Origin: Balanoglossus misakiensis | Taxonomy: Eukaryota; Animalia; Hemichordata | Length of the DNA stretch: 64,000 bases | Assembly: GCA_040954595.2 (NCBI GenBank) | Contig: CM082582.2 | Coordinates: forward strand, 8,795,483-8,859,482 | Direction of reading: 5' to 3' | In this document: positions 26,701-40,178 of the stretch, piece by piece | Layout of the letters: every line of letters begins with the position of its first letter | Numbering within the stretch: the first letter of the stretch is position 1 | Program-made: the position numbers and the translations under genes | Notes under the pieces: generated by a model | What the model was told of the DNA's origin: nothing | Database searches by the model: none | The model's input: only the letters and a program-made list of their open reading frames with translations

Positions 26701-29700
26701 ATCACCGGTCCGTATCGACTGCCACATCCCCGTGTTTACGAGTCACCTCGGACGCACGTTGCCGGTGGAGTCGACGGGAGCCGCAGGCTGGTCTTCATCG
26801 CTCGGTTATAGCTGTGAAAGGCCGCGGAAAAGTGTTCATCACATCGCGCAAATGTGGTTTTGACGGCATCGCCGTGATGACAAATCACATAGCACGATAG
26901 CAAGTGATTATTACACGATTAAGAGTGCATGGCCCCTCGTTCAATTCGACGGACCGGATGAAATGCGCCCTTAAGGAGGCTCACACCATGGCGGTGACGG
27001 AATATTAGAGCGTCGACTCTTCCTTTCCCGTGATCAATCATAAAACTGCTACACCATTCCAAGGTCACGGAGGTTCCTGTTTCTCCATCATTCGTGCTCA
27101 GCAAAATGAGCGCATCAGCGACCTCTAGAAGATCGATGAAACACCACGACCAAAATGCACTACTATAGGCCTAAGCCTAGAAGACGTAGACAACACACAG
27201 TATCTGAAGACTGTAGGAAGTCGTTCCTATAAAATTCTACCTTGCTAAGCTAGATTGCGATTCATGTACTATCTATCACATAATAATTGCCACCTGCTTA
27301 CATATGTTAGGGATTACATGCTTACTCCTGCTTCTTCCCTAGCGACAAGTGTGTTGTTAGGCACGCGTGACTGCGTTGTAAAATGGGTCACAATCCTCAC
27401 GCGTATGATTGCCCATTGAAAATGTGTCAACCTGTTGAAGAAATACTAAATGCCTGCTTTCGTTAAGATCTATGCCTCGACAACTGTGGGGACATAAACA
27501 ATGGTTAAAACCAATATTTAACATGTGTTCTTTTATCAGAAGTTTAACTGCCCGTTGATCACTTGACGTGGCTGCGTGGTATGGTTCGCAGAAGGATACG
27601 CGTTAGACATGTTGTTTTATCTGCCTCCGTGTCCAACATTTTACCGCTACAAACTTAGTATCGGACATTATAATGCATGGAAGATATAGAGATGCCATTT
27701 CCAAATATGACACGCGTCTCTGTTACTCAAACGATGAGTGACAGTTTTTTCTGGATTCGACTATCAACAGTAACTAGGTGGCTTGGCCAATTTGTACTGA
27801 ATTTATCATTCTTGACGGGTTGTAGCACGCTAGCAAGGAATAGTTATCCGAGCCGGGCACCCGGTGCCAAGACGACCATTTTGTAATTGCCATTTTCACT
27901 TGTTTCTTGGACCTGGTAATTTCCTTACTTCGAACGATAATGATTGTTGGACCTGTTTTGATTTCGCGCGGCCTTTGAGAACAAGCCGCGATTAGCCTCC
28001 GATATTTGAAACAAGATTGGTGCGTTTAGGAACAATTTACTTGATGCAAGCTATACACACCGAGCAATATATCTGACACAATCTCTCGCCAAATCACCGC
28101 CAGCAAAGCCCAGTAATGTAATTATACGCCGAAATTAAACTCGCCGCGGCATTCCGATGCCGTTCTGTAGTCGAGAAAATCGGAGCCCGATTTCGCGCTT
28201 AAAACGCAGAAAGCAGATAACTGACGTGTAAGAATCGGTATGCAAACTCACGCGGATCCAACGTCCCCATAGCAACGATCACCGCGCTCATTTTCAGCCT
28301 TGCACGTTGAAAGAAATAAAACTGTACGTCTCTCACGAAAACGTCATATAATCTGAGTGCGCAACTCAATATCAAAATGGCCACAATTGTAATCATGGGA
28401 TCTCATCTTATCTGATGAAAATGTGAAGCAAAGACGGTCACGTGATTAACGGATTTGTGCCATGATCCTATTTTGATATTTTCAGAATGTGGGATTTACT
28501 CGCTTGGAGGTTACCTAGGTGACGCTTTGGGATTGGGAAATTCGATAACAATGCGATTTGTTCAAATGAAACGTAATTAAAAAATTAAAAACCTTTTCGT
28601 TAGGATCTCTCTGTATCACAATGTCTGAACGCTGTTGAAATTAATGTATACGGTGCGACCTTATGTATCATGTTTTACTCCAATGATGAATGGTTGAATT
28701 ATCTAATCTTCAATATTAATTTTTTACGGTGAATTCATTTGACGCAGTGTGTCGAAATTTGAGTCAAGAAATCATTGAGTGTTTTCCAGACTTCGGATAA
28801 TGGTCTATCAACAAAACAGCCAGACCAGGCAATTGAATCAAGAGCAGAGTACGAATTAATATTGGCTTCCCGCGTCGCGCGCCTTTTATCTTATTAATAC
28901 ATGCGTTTTTATGCATGATTTACATGGAATTGCGATTATGCCACTGTTAGATGTGACAAAATAAAATCGTTCTCCACCAAATCTTTCTGTATCACTCAGG
29001 TGAAAATCTATAATCGAAATTAAAGGTCTGTTGCTTCAGATACTTTTATTGGGAACTCGCGAATTTAGGCCGCTGAAGATTGCCGCGTTCTCCGAGCAGT
29101 TATTACATCGCCGTATATGAGTGCGTGATAAAAACGGGTCTCTGATTTGATTTTGCGAATCGACGGCGTATTAATCGAGCAACTCTCCGTTTAAATGTCA
29201 CCTGTAAGATCGTGCGTGTAATACCGAAATCATCCAGGCGTGTGGGTCACGTTCGTTAGCGGCATAATCTCCTTGAAGGTGTAATCCCAAAATTACGAGT
29301 GAACCCGCCCTAAATGCATACAACTGATCCATCTCGTTTGATGTTTTTCCCGCCGTTGAACGATTTTATTTGTTATCAACGGCTCGTGTTCGAGGTTTAT
29401 TTAAAATTCTAGCTCCTGGGAATTTTTCCGGCACGTTTACTCGAAAAAAACCTCGAAAACATGTGCTGTGCTCACACTCGAACATCAACTATATCCTCCA
29501 AAACCCCCATATTCGGGTAAGGAACGACCCAATCGCCACTGCACTGACACGATAAGTTGCAGACTAAACATATCTTTCAAACTGATATCATTTGAGCTCT
29601 GTCTGGCAAGAGTGGTTCACGTGATGATGATGTCAGGTTTTATTTTCCATCTCGCAGTCACAACAGAATTGGATATGCAAAAATAGGATTTAACACCGCG

Positions 29701-31451
29701 TGTGTCCCCGTCCAGTCATTTCCATTAAGGACTTTTTACAAGGCTGTCCCTTGGGTGCAGTGATCCGGTTTTATATTTGATAAATGTTATTTTATGACGC
29801 CATCATGATTCATGTTTGTCAATTCAACTCATTCTTCGCGGTTTATTATATACACAAAATGAAGAGCGTATATTTTAAATGATATCAATCGTTGACAGGC
29901 TGATAAAGCGGAGAGAGGCAGGTGCAACGACACCCTACCGCGGAAATTGGTCGTATGCTGAAATCCCTGGGCAGGCGGCTAATGTTCTGCGCGGTAGATC
30001 CGCATCCTTTTGGCGCTGCCTGAAGAGGGCGCGAGATCGACAATAACGAGGTTTTTGAGAGAAAAAAATAACTTTTTAGACCGCGAAGCCAATGGGCCCC
30101 AGGAAGGAGGGTATTCCCACTATTTTCAAACGGGATAGTATACATACATAGCCTCAATACGACTCCCTCTTCTCACCTTCTAGATTACTACATGACAAGC
30201 AGCTGCGGACAAACCATTTACGAGACGGACGATGCGGCGGGCAGCATCGATTCACAGATGGCCTTCTACTACGACAACTTCGTGTCGTGCTCCGTCACCG
30301 TCCAGGTCAACTTCGGGCGGCGGATCCTGCTCACCTTCGACTACCTCGAAATCGAAAAGTTCGGAGTGACCTGCCCGGACTATTTACACGTCTACGACGG
30401 GGACAGCGTCTTCGATCAGCGGCTCTCGCCGGAGAGGGGGCTGTGCGGCGATGCAACGCCGGACTCTTACACGTCGCAGGGCAACATGGTGACGTTTCAG
30501 TTCGTCACAGACGCGGACACGGTGGACCGTGGTTTCTTTATCGTCTACACCAGCTTCACAGAGGGTTAGTTGTCACGTGATACTATAAGGTCCATTAGCA
30601 ATTGTTGAAACTGCTGTGTGCTTTTCTTTCATCTCTTGCAATGCAATATACTGTATAGTATTATGGTATTCCATGTCTGATTGTGGTAGAACGTTCCTCT
30701 CTAATATCCCGATTTCACTTTTTTTTTCAATTTGGAAGGCGGGTTATGTGACGGTGTCAACGACTTCCGCTGTAGAAACGGTCGCTGTATAGCTTCGAGG
30801 CTGGAGAACGACTGGACGGATAATTGCGGCGACAACAGTGACGAGTGTGAGTATACAAAAAGTCATTTAGCAGACACCACGAATATACTACATGTAGTAC
30901 TGCGGCGTTGCCATTTTTTGCAAAATTCTTAAACTATACCACAGTCACTCCACACAGTATGAAGTGACTGTGTCTATACCTATAATGTCCACTCACAGTT
31001 TCACGTCGCTTGTGACTTCTCTTTAGACGGAACAACCGCCAGAGCGCTGGGCTTCATCGAAAAATTCGTGGCGCTGGGCATCGGCGTCATCATCGCCATC
31101 GTCATCGGCGTCGTGCTGCTCTGCATCGCCTGCTGCATCGGCTGCTACTGCTGCATCTGCAAGAAGAAGAGCGACACGAACGTGACGACGGTGACCGCAG
31201 TCCAGCCACCGGGCACACTCACCACCACGGTAACGGCGCAACAGGGACCGGCGGTGGCGGCCGTGGGACAGTTACCGCCCCCGCAGCCCGGGGTCCTGCT
31301 GCAACACCACCACGTCGCTCCCATGCCGGACCAGCCCGTCACCCCTGCCTACCCGGGGGCCCAACAGCAAGGACCTTACGGCTCCCAGACTAGAGTCACA
31401 TATCACACAGCCAGACCGGAAAACATAGGCTTGCCTAATGACAAGCAATAA
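20730..31451 (+). CDS. CUB-LDLa-TM protein, paralog 2 (Pro/Gln-rich tail)
   Basis: Exons 20730-20805 (signal MNAVSAIRLSALAILCQVIGV; linkage across a 9.4-kb intron is inferred from phase-1 compatibility), 30184-30564 (CUB: CPDYLHVYDG..FVTDADTVDRGF), 30739-30846 (LDLa), 31027-31451 (TM, CIACCIGCYCCICKKK). Confidence 0.82.
21472..21642. repeat. Compound microsatellite, ~(TATG)32 followed by ~(TATTATG)6
   Basis: Directly visible in the sequence. Confidence 0.97.
30933..30979. mobile_element. Putative transposon footprint (33-bp imperfect palindrome, 6/7 TSD match)
   Basis: ACTATAC-[CACAGTCACTCCACA CAG TATGAAGTGACTGTG]-TCTATAC. Confidence 0.55.
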
Positions 31452-32859
31452 GTCAACACTAATTCAAACACGTCACCCCCGTTTAGTTTTACCAGAATCA
31501 TTTAGGCACCCAATATGACGATACCTTAAAACAATTTCAAAATTACATCTTCAATCATTCCATGCACGATTTATATTACTATTTGGTCAGGATAGTACTG
31601 TGATAACACGGTCCGTCTGCACGACGCCATTTTAATCATCGTCGGGACATCAGCTTGATCGTGTTACTCTGTACACATGTAGTTTTTTTGTTTGTTTCGT
31701 TACTAATTTCAAAATACGTTAACCACTATGTGGTGACAATCGCAACTGTTGGAGTTTCAGAAACAGCCAAAATGTAGTTGATACCAAAAAAAATTCCCTG
31801 AATGTCGTGTAACCATCATACTTTGGCGATAAGAACGCATGTATAAAGTCACAAACTTTTATAGATTTGATACTCTCCATGATTCTCCATAATGTTGCTA
31901 TTTTTGACATTATAAAGTCTGAAGTTCTTAGACTAACTGGATAACATTAATGGGCAATTGGCGAGTTTTTACAGTCAAGTATATATGTGCTTTGTATTAC
32001 TCACGTTTTATAAGAAAACAGGGATAGGCACCGTCGATATTTACAGCACATTTTATTTGTGAGATTTACTTCTCTAGATGGTGTGATGATATTCGTTTGA
32101 TACACATTTTTTGAAGCTTGTGATTAATGTTGTCTGGTCACAGTGTGGTATGTATCGCCGGAGTTTTATCAAGTGATAGCTACTGTCACCACTTGGTGGC
32201 GCTTGTCAATTTCGAGAGACAGACAGACAGATAGATACTAGTAGATAGACAGACAGACAGGGAGAGAGAGGAAGAGTGAGAGTGTGTCGCATTTATGTCA
32301 GGAAGAAAATAAATGATGTTCCTCGAATTTGCCGTCTCCGATTTGAATGTTTTATTCTATACTGGCCTTTCATGGTCTTTTTTATTAACGAGTAAATAAT
32401 TGGTAAAAAAATCCAGAGGCTATTATACCTCGTAGGTTTGTTTTAAACATTTGATTAAAAATTGAAAAAAATACGAAAATTCTTAGAAAAAATGGGAACT
32501 AGTGTGTCTGTGTTTTGTTTATATCCTAATACTAATGATGATGATGATGATGATACACTCTGAAGACACAAATAAAATCGAACAACCGCTCACAAATTTC
32601 GCCTATTCTAAGAATCCAGCACGGACATGCGCACATCGCATCCACTTTAGTCTAATTTGATCGTGCATCAAGTCCAGTGATGTGATGATGATATTGTAGT
32701 AGCAGCGCCGTTGCCATGGGAACTTTAAACAAAGGACAGGTCGGGGCCCGACAGTCAGACGACGTGTGACGAGTGAAAGAGGAGTATAATCGAACGTCAG
32801 TCGGAAGGAAAGAAAGATACCGTATTCATTTGGCATTTAAACGAGCTGATTTTCGTAAG

Positions 32860-35779
32860 ATGAGCGGTACCGTCACACGCAAATGGCTTTACAGATTGCC
32901 GTTTCTTCTGGCGATTTTGTGTCATATACGTCACGTTGACACGTTCATCACAGATTGTAAGTATGTCCATGACCTACTATATTTACATTCTAAAAATCCG
33001 ATACCCTTTGAAGTGCAATTATTTCGCCATAACATGTTTGAATAGTCTGTCTATGAAATACAGAATCCTGATTATACAAATACGTTCATTCCGGTGTTGG
33101 TAAATATCGCGATGTCTCCTTAATATACGATACTAGTATATGACGATGTGCTTATTCCCATAACCATTTTATTGCCTTTGAATGGCTCAACAGTGATTTG
33201 TTTGCATGTAATCCAGTCTAAGCACAAACCAATAATGGCCGAGACACAATAATTTTCCATGGAAAAAACGAGACAAAAAACAACGTTAAGCACGGTGAGT
33301 TGATCAATATTTCAGTTTGATATGATCGTCGATCAGCAGAACAAGGACAGGGCAAAATGGCGGCTACGAATCAATTCGAGATTAAGGAATCTCTTGGGGA
33401 TGTCGATGACAACCTTCTTACCGCCACGGATGGATATCTTGGTACCGTTTATTTTCAGTGAAAGCAAAACCAAAGTAATTCTTCAGAGAAATTCGAAAAT
33501 ACACATCGGCGCGCGCCCAGTATAACCGACGACCGCTCTTGTATAGTGGAAACGTCATCGGCATGATTACAAATTTTGCGCGGCATTGTATTCGGCGTTG
33601 CCTCTTTTGCATTGAACTAACATTCATAACAAAATCTATAAGACTGGTTTCTATACACAGTATTTGGATTCAAAAATTTGTAATCGATAAAAATTATTAA
33701 ACTGCAAGTTTAATATTGCGATTAATATTCCCGCTATTTTTCCATTGCCGGAGAAGCACACGATAAAACGAAATGAGTCAAAATCATGTCGCTTCACGAC
33801 CTCAATACATGCAACTTTCGTATGTCAATCCAATCAATTGGGCCCGTGTGATAGCTTTTGAAAATAAGCAGTAGGGCGTTCACTCTATTTTATGATATTA
33901 ACACGATGCGTGCAATGTCCATTAATGATACTCAACAAAGGCCCCGGCTTTGTTGCTTTCGGTGTGTATTCTTGATTTGGTTTCAAACCAAATGTAAAAT
34001 TTCGAGCCTGATTGCCACGCGGCTGTTTCAGACCAGATCTGACACAACATTGGTCAACAAATGTACTGTTTTAGTGCATGGTTCATTATTTGTGCTATTT
34101 GTTGTCTATGGACAGCATAATGGCGTTCTTAGAACACACAGATAATTGCCGCAGCAAATTTGATGAACGCTAACTTGTTATTGATATTAATCTTACACCG
34201 ATCAGAGTGTACATAAATGTAGCCAGTGTCTGATAATTAACATAATTATTCGGTAAAGCTTTAAAAATGTGGATATGTCAATATTTTCATTTTCTCGGTC
34301 AGGGGATGAATAAGTGATCAACACGGCGATTAAATTGCACAATACAGCGTGTGACAATTACATGTTTATATCATCAGTCAACCGACACGACTTGGGAATT
34401 TTAAAGTAATTATTTTATGCTCTAGATCTTTTGTGAGACCAAATGAACGCCTTGGCGCAGTCCCGCGAGGCATTCACAAAGGCTTAAGTTTTCCACCGTA
34501 TCACTTGATCGCCAATTTTGATAACATGAAAGTGTTGTTGGCATAACAACTCACCGGCGTATTTACGCATGTGTAATGACGTGCCAGGACTTGACAAAAT
34601 GGCGGTGGCAAGTTGCCCCTTTCGGGCAACCACAGCGCCCTCGTGGGCAAGGAACGAATCTAACTGTAAACCCTTGATGGTCCTTGATGCTTGATGGGCA
34701 CATAAAACATGAAATCACTTTGATGACATAATTCAAACAATTCATTTATGTCACATTCTTACCTCATTCCGCAGGGTATTACATGGAAGGTGAGTGCGGT
34801 CAACAAATAACGTTGGACAGCGCTGAACCCAGCGGGCGTCTGTACACCAGCACAAGCTTGAGATACGAAGACAACGTCGACAACTGCACGTTGAGAATCG
34901 TGGCTCCGCCGAATCAGAAAATCATCGTGATTTTCGTCAGCTTTGACGTGGCGACCAACACGCCGGGAAGCTGCACTGATCAGCTGGAGATCTGGGATGG
35001 CGACGATGACAGCGGAACGAGACTCACGCCAGCGACGGGACTATGCGGGACCTTGGCAAGCACGCCCTCATCCGGTTACTATGCATCGACGGACAACGTG
35101 ACCACTCTTTCGTGGAAAACCGACAGCTCGGGGAGTGACTACGGTTTCGCCCTCAATTTTAATTCTTTCACAGGTAAAGTGAATACTCGTGGGTCATGTC
35201 TTCTGCTGTTTCTGGGAAGAGTTGACTGTTTCTGTGCTCAGAGGGCTCTGAACTCTGACCCTGAAAACCGGTACGGCAACTTTCACGTAATGGATGTTTT
35301 GCTTCTTTTTTATCTAGATCCGCCATGCGATTCAACCACAGAGTTCGCGTGTACGAACGGGAAATGCATCGATATAGATTTGGTGGACGATTTGCGCGAC
35401 AACTGCGGCGACTACAGTGACGAGCGTAAGTGTCTATTACGTGTATCTGTCGTGCCGGCTACGTCCAGTGGATGGATGCTTAGGTGGGTGGGTGGTTGGG
35501 TTGGTGGATGGACGGATAAATGATAACGAAAGAACGAACGGAAGAAAGAAAGAAATTCAATGAATGGGCTTATGAAGACTGGTAGATTGACTGACCGAAC
35601 GTTAGCTTTCAACACATTTTCCTTCTTTTGCAGACAAAGTGTTAGATTTCATCGGAAAGATCCTGAACATGGGCATCGGAGTCGTGGTGGGCATCGCCGT
35701 TGGCCTCCTCATCATCGCCATCCTCTGCGTCGTTGGATGCGTGTGTTGCTGTGTCAAGTGCTGCTGTAAGAAGGGATAA
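32860..35779 (+). CDS. CUB-LDLa-TM protein, paralog 3 (essentially tailless)
   Basis: Exons 32860-32956 (signal), 34775-35173 (CUB: CTDQLEIWDG..WKTDSSGSDYGF), 35318-35425 (LDLa), 35634-35779 (TM ending CVVGCVCCCVKCCCKKG*). Phase-1 GT-AG introns. Confidence 0.88.
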
Positions 35780-37236
35780 AGACAGCAATTCTCGCTACCT
35801 TAAATAGTTTACTTCAAGCTAAGGGGTCAAATCACATTACAATAACTGCATTGTGGGTAAGAAAGTCGACAACTCACTGTAGTAAAAGTTTGAAGAGGTG
35901 TCACCTTCGTATCAAAAGGTCCTGTTTACAGAACTTGAGATTTTACCGCTCGCCTATGTAGCAAAAACCTATTTAGGGTAGCGAGAATAATTTATGCAAC
36001 AAGTGACCCCAATATAGAGTGTTCAAATGAATTACAAATTGTGAAATTTACGATAATGTTTTCTATTGTTTTTATCACCAATTATACTAATGATATGTTT
36101 TTTATTGTAAGTGGATTTGACCATTCACGTTAATTCAATGCAGTTAATTGTCAAGATATGTATTTTGTATTTCATTTTTAAATTACTATCAAGCATTCGG
36201 TGCAGATGGAACATGTTGTATACACTGAATACAATTATACTGCAGCGAGGCTGATTTCCCTGTCTATATTTATCGCTCAATTAATAAACTTTTATAGTGG
36301 TAAGATTTCATTTTTGATATCAGTGTATTCCTCCCCTTCCCAAAACACAGATTAATTCCGTATCTTCGAGATACAGGGGTTCTATTACATTTTCAATTTC
36401 CTTGACTACTGATAAGTCTGGTGGTCAATACATGCCAACAGCAATGCAGGATTTCTAAACTTCCACTTCAAAACAATCTCAGCAGCAGCTTCTTGCGCTC
36501 TGATCACTCTGCTATGCGAGAAATACGCCCCTACACTCGAGTACAACCCTGCCCATTCAACATATACTTGTAGCTCATATTCGCCTTCGCCAATGCAAAA
36601 TGCGCCGCTGGCGGTAGGATAGGGCAAGGGGCGAAGCGACGAGCCAGATTCGCGACGTGCCTTTGCTCATTTCTGGCTCACTGTCTCTTTGTCCAAGATT
36701 CGTTGACATCATCCGAAACTCTCTGCAGCCATTCTGATCTGCAGTACCCGCGCATTGTGTAGTGGTGCATGGTGGGGCCGAACAGAAGTAGGGCTGGGTA
36801 GCCTTAGTTGGTGAATAAAGTAAATAGAATGTGAAGGACGTGTCACGTAGCCAATATAAAACTAGCCACCTTCTTTGGAGACGGACTACGATGGTACAAA
36901 GTAATGATTAATGCATCAAATGATCACGCCTCAAAGCATGTCTGTCTCACAAGATTGTCGAAGTGTATCACAACGTCTGTGACGTATACCTTGTATACAC
37001 ACGCAGTATGCTATACGTGAATACGGCGAAGGCTGGACTTGTTCCACTTTATTATGCGTACGACAAAGCCACTTGTTCTGCCTGGAATGCGTTACCACAA
37101 CACCCGCGCCAAAACACCAGAAGCCTTTTGTTTGGAGAGCCATGGCCAGCTGTAATATAAATAGGTACAGACTCTCTCGAGGTGATCCATTATTATTGCG
37201 AAGCGAATGAGGGCAAATCGAACTCCAGAAGGCAAG

Positions 37237-39397
37237 ATGAGAAAGTCAGACGTTGGTAGAATCGTCCTCGTCTTCGGTGTACTGGTTTCAGCGCAAGTTG
37301 CACTGGGAGCTATCGACGATGGAATAGGTGAGACGAAAAATTTATAAAAATTGTCATTTTAACATTTGTCCACAGTCCTAAAATTCGCTGCTTTTGACGT
37401 CCGTGCTTTTTTGAGACTCAAACATTTCTCTGTTACACAATGATCGTGTGGACAATTTTTAGTTAAACACACTGACATACCCGACTCCTGTCCAGGTGCT
37501 CGTGAATCATTATCATAAATACCAAAGAAATGCTCATTAATTCACATATACTTTGTCTAGTAATCTACCTCAAATATTATATTAGATGATAGCAGCACAC
37601 GCCAGAAATATCATACATTCGACAACAGTCCCTCCATAATTCGGCACACTGCGCATTCAGCGTGTTCACACAATATGTCTATACACTTAGTTACCTCAAC
37701 AATCCAATAGTATCCAAAGAATTGCCAAGCTTCAGCAGACGACAAAGCGTTTGCTTTTAAAAGTTCATATAAGGTCACCGCTATACCTGTTGACCTAATT
37801 TTCAAAAAGCCCACACTACCTAAATCAATGATCAGATGCCAAGTATGTATAACCATTAGAGTTTATTTTCGTACTAATCCCATGATATCAGAAATCTGAA
37901 ACCATGATGGGTGTCGTTGATTCGAATTTTTAAATATTGAATCACTGGGCACTAAAATCTTACAGGATATGCAGCTGTTGTAGCAACGTTAACGTCTTTA
38001 ACTTTTCTGGTTTGCTGAAATCAATGTCAGATCTTACAATACGCAAATTACCATTGATCAAAAAAACATGACTTGTGTTTATTCTGTTGAATTAAACTGA
38101 CTCTGCAAATCTGTCTCCCCCTCTCTCCCCAGAGTATTACTTGACCGACTTCTGTAACAGCGACATCAATGTTACCGCCGAGGTGGACGGGATAGTCATA
38201 TCTCAGAGTGGTGCCCAGTACCCGGGCAATCAGAACTGCAGAGCCCGGCTGAAATCGGCCAACTCCAGGCGAGTGGTGGTCACCTTCGTCATCCTTGACG
38301 TCAGCAAGAACGACGACGACACCTGCGACGACACCATCTACATCTACGACGGCGACAATGTGGCCGCTCCCCTCCTCACGTCGGCAGATGGACTCTGCGG
38401 CGTGCTGTTGGATGCCGACTCTTACCAGAGTAGCGGTGACACCATCACCATCCAATTCATCACCGGGGCAACCAATTTCGGCGGCGGATTTACCATAGCT
38501 GTTACAGAATTCCACAATGGTAAAGAAAATTAATGGTTCCTTGCTAATGGTTCATTGTATGTACAGATGTATTTATGTATGTGTATCATCCAGTTCAGTT
38601 CTAGAATACTATGAATCCCGTTCGTTCAAAAAAAATAAATGGAGGGGACACCCGGGTTCGAACCAGGGACCTCTCGATCTGCAGTCGAATGCTCTACCAC
38701 TGAGCTATATCCCCGTTGCATGAGTGTGCGGAACATCATATTTTTATTGGGTTAAAGAAAGAACGTATGGTTTGTTCAATCCAGGTACTTGCGATGATGC
38801 CACTGAATTTTTATGTGACAATGGAAACTGTATCAGCATCAACTTGAAAGATAATCTGAGAGACAACTGTGGAGACGCCAGCGATGAACGTAAGTCTGTG
38901 GGTACATTCATGGGGCTAGCAAGTTCCATATGGTACATTGTGGGTCACGCATGACGCCAGCGGCGATAGATAGAAGGCCATGCACTGATCGCGTGTTCAT
39001 GCTGACGCATCGCAAACATTTCATTGTAGTCCTGTCAGACTATACACATACCCTTCTCATTGCTTCTGTGTTACTCTAATTGGCACTCTATGGAAACAAA
39101 CGAGCATTGTCTCTTAGTGACAAAGGGTTGAATTTATTTTCCGTTGAAAGAGGGAATAAGAACTGAAATTTACTTAGTTTTCGTCGTAATCTGACATCAT
39201 CTCATTTCAATATTGTCTTCTGCTTTGCAGACATAGCCATACAGACGGCGCTGGGCTTATGGGCGCAGTTGATGGAATTTGGCCTGGGTGCTGCTATCGG
39301 TATCATCGTGGCTGTGGTGGTGGTTTTCGTCATTTTGCTCGTCTGTTTGGGATGTTGTATCGCCAAGTGTTGCTGCAAGAAAGTGTCGCCGGTTTAA
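37237..39397 (+). CDS. CUB-LDLa-TM protein, paralog 4 (short tail ending VSPV)
   Basis: Exons 37237-37327 (signal MRKSDVGRIVLVFGVLVSAQVALG; alternative in-frame ATG at 37207), 38133-38519 (CUB), 38785-38889 (LDLa), 39231-39397 (TM, CLGCCIAKCCCKKVSPV*). TATA-like TATATAAATA near 37155. Confidence 0.88.
38643..38714 (-). tRNA. trnC-GCA: tRNA-Cys (GCA), intronic and antisense in paralog 4
   Basis: Identical to the 13164 copy; lies inside intron 38520-38784. Confidence 0.96.
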
Positions 39398-40178
39398 TAG
39401 TCGCGACAGCCAAGATACAGCTTCTTTGTTGGCCATTGAAAGTATTTTATTAAACGGCATTAATAAGGCCAGTACTAGCCCCGTTAAGAAACCTAGCTAG
39501 GTGTCGAATCCGTCGCGATCCATAGATCAAGGTAGTCAACCCTGAATTTCTGTACTTTCTCTACTTAACAGCAGTGTCAAAGCAAAATACATGCCCGAAC
39601 CCACTTTAATTGGGCGGCCATCTCAGCATCCTTGCTTTCAAGATCGTAGTAATATAATGGGGGAAGAAGGTAACAGAGACGTAAAGCAAATTGGCGGTGA
39701 CGACACAGAAAGAAGAAGTAGTTTCTACGAAACTACGGACCACGCTGAACCTATACTTTCTGGTAGCTTTCTGTGATACTCTGCATGACGGTAATAATTG
39801 AGAGTGTTTCCCGAAAAGTATTACAGAAGATCTTAAGTTTAACTTAATCATAGAACTGTTTGATCGTGTGCAGCAAAATTTAATAAATAAAATTTTGTCG
39901 CTTCGCTGTACGCTCTCACTATACAGTATTTCTTTTCGTTTGGAATTTGTTTTCCTTTTGTGGACAAAAAAGTCTGAGCTTGGCCCGAAAGTAGGATCAT
40001 CTCATCTAATTTGTTATGCATGAGTGGCCAATCAGTGGCCAATGTGTTAGGAAAAGGTGTGAATCACCCGCTTTAAAAATTGGCCAAACAGTACGCATAA
40101 CTTCTTATTGTAGAACTGGTAGTATACTTTCTTTCATTCAACTGCCAATACGGTAGTTCTCTTTTTAGAGGATGTGGT

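Noticed and set aside
36406-36627. Minus-strand ORF with faint resemblance to dsRBD/RNase III segments (AQEAAAEIVL, WKFRNPALLL..H.TY)
   Set aside because: Short, has an in-frame stop just upstream, and shows no catalytic signature or supporting exons; an HMM search would be needed to revive it.
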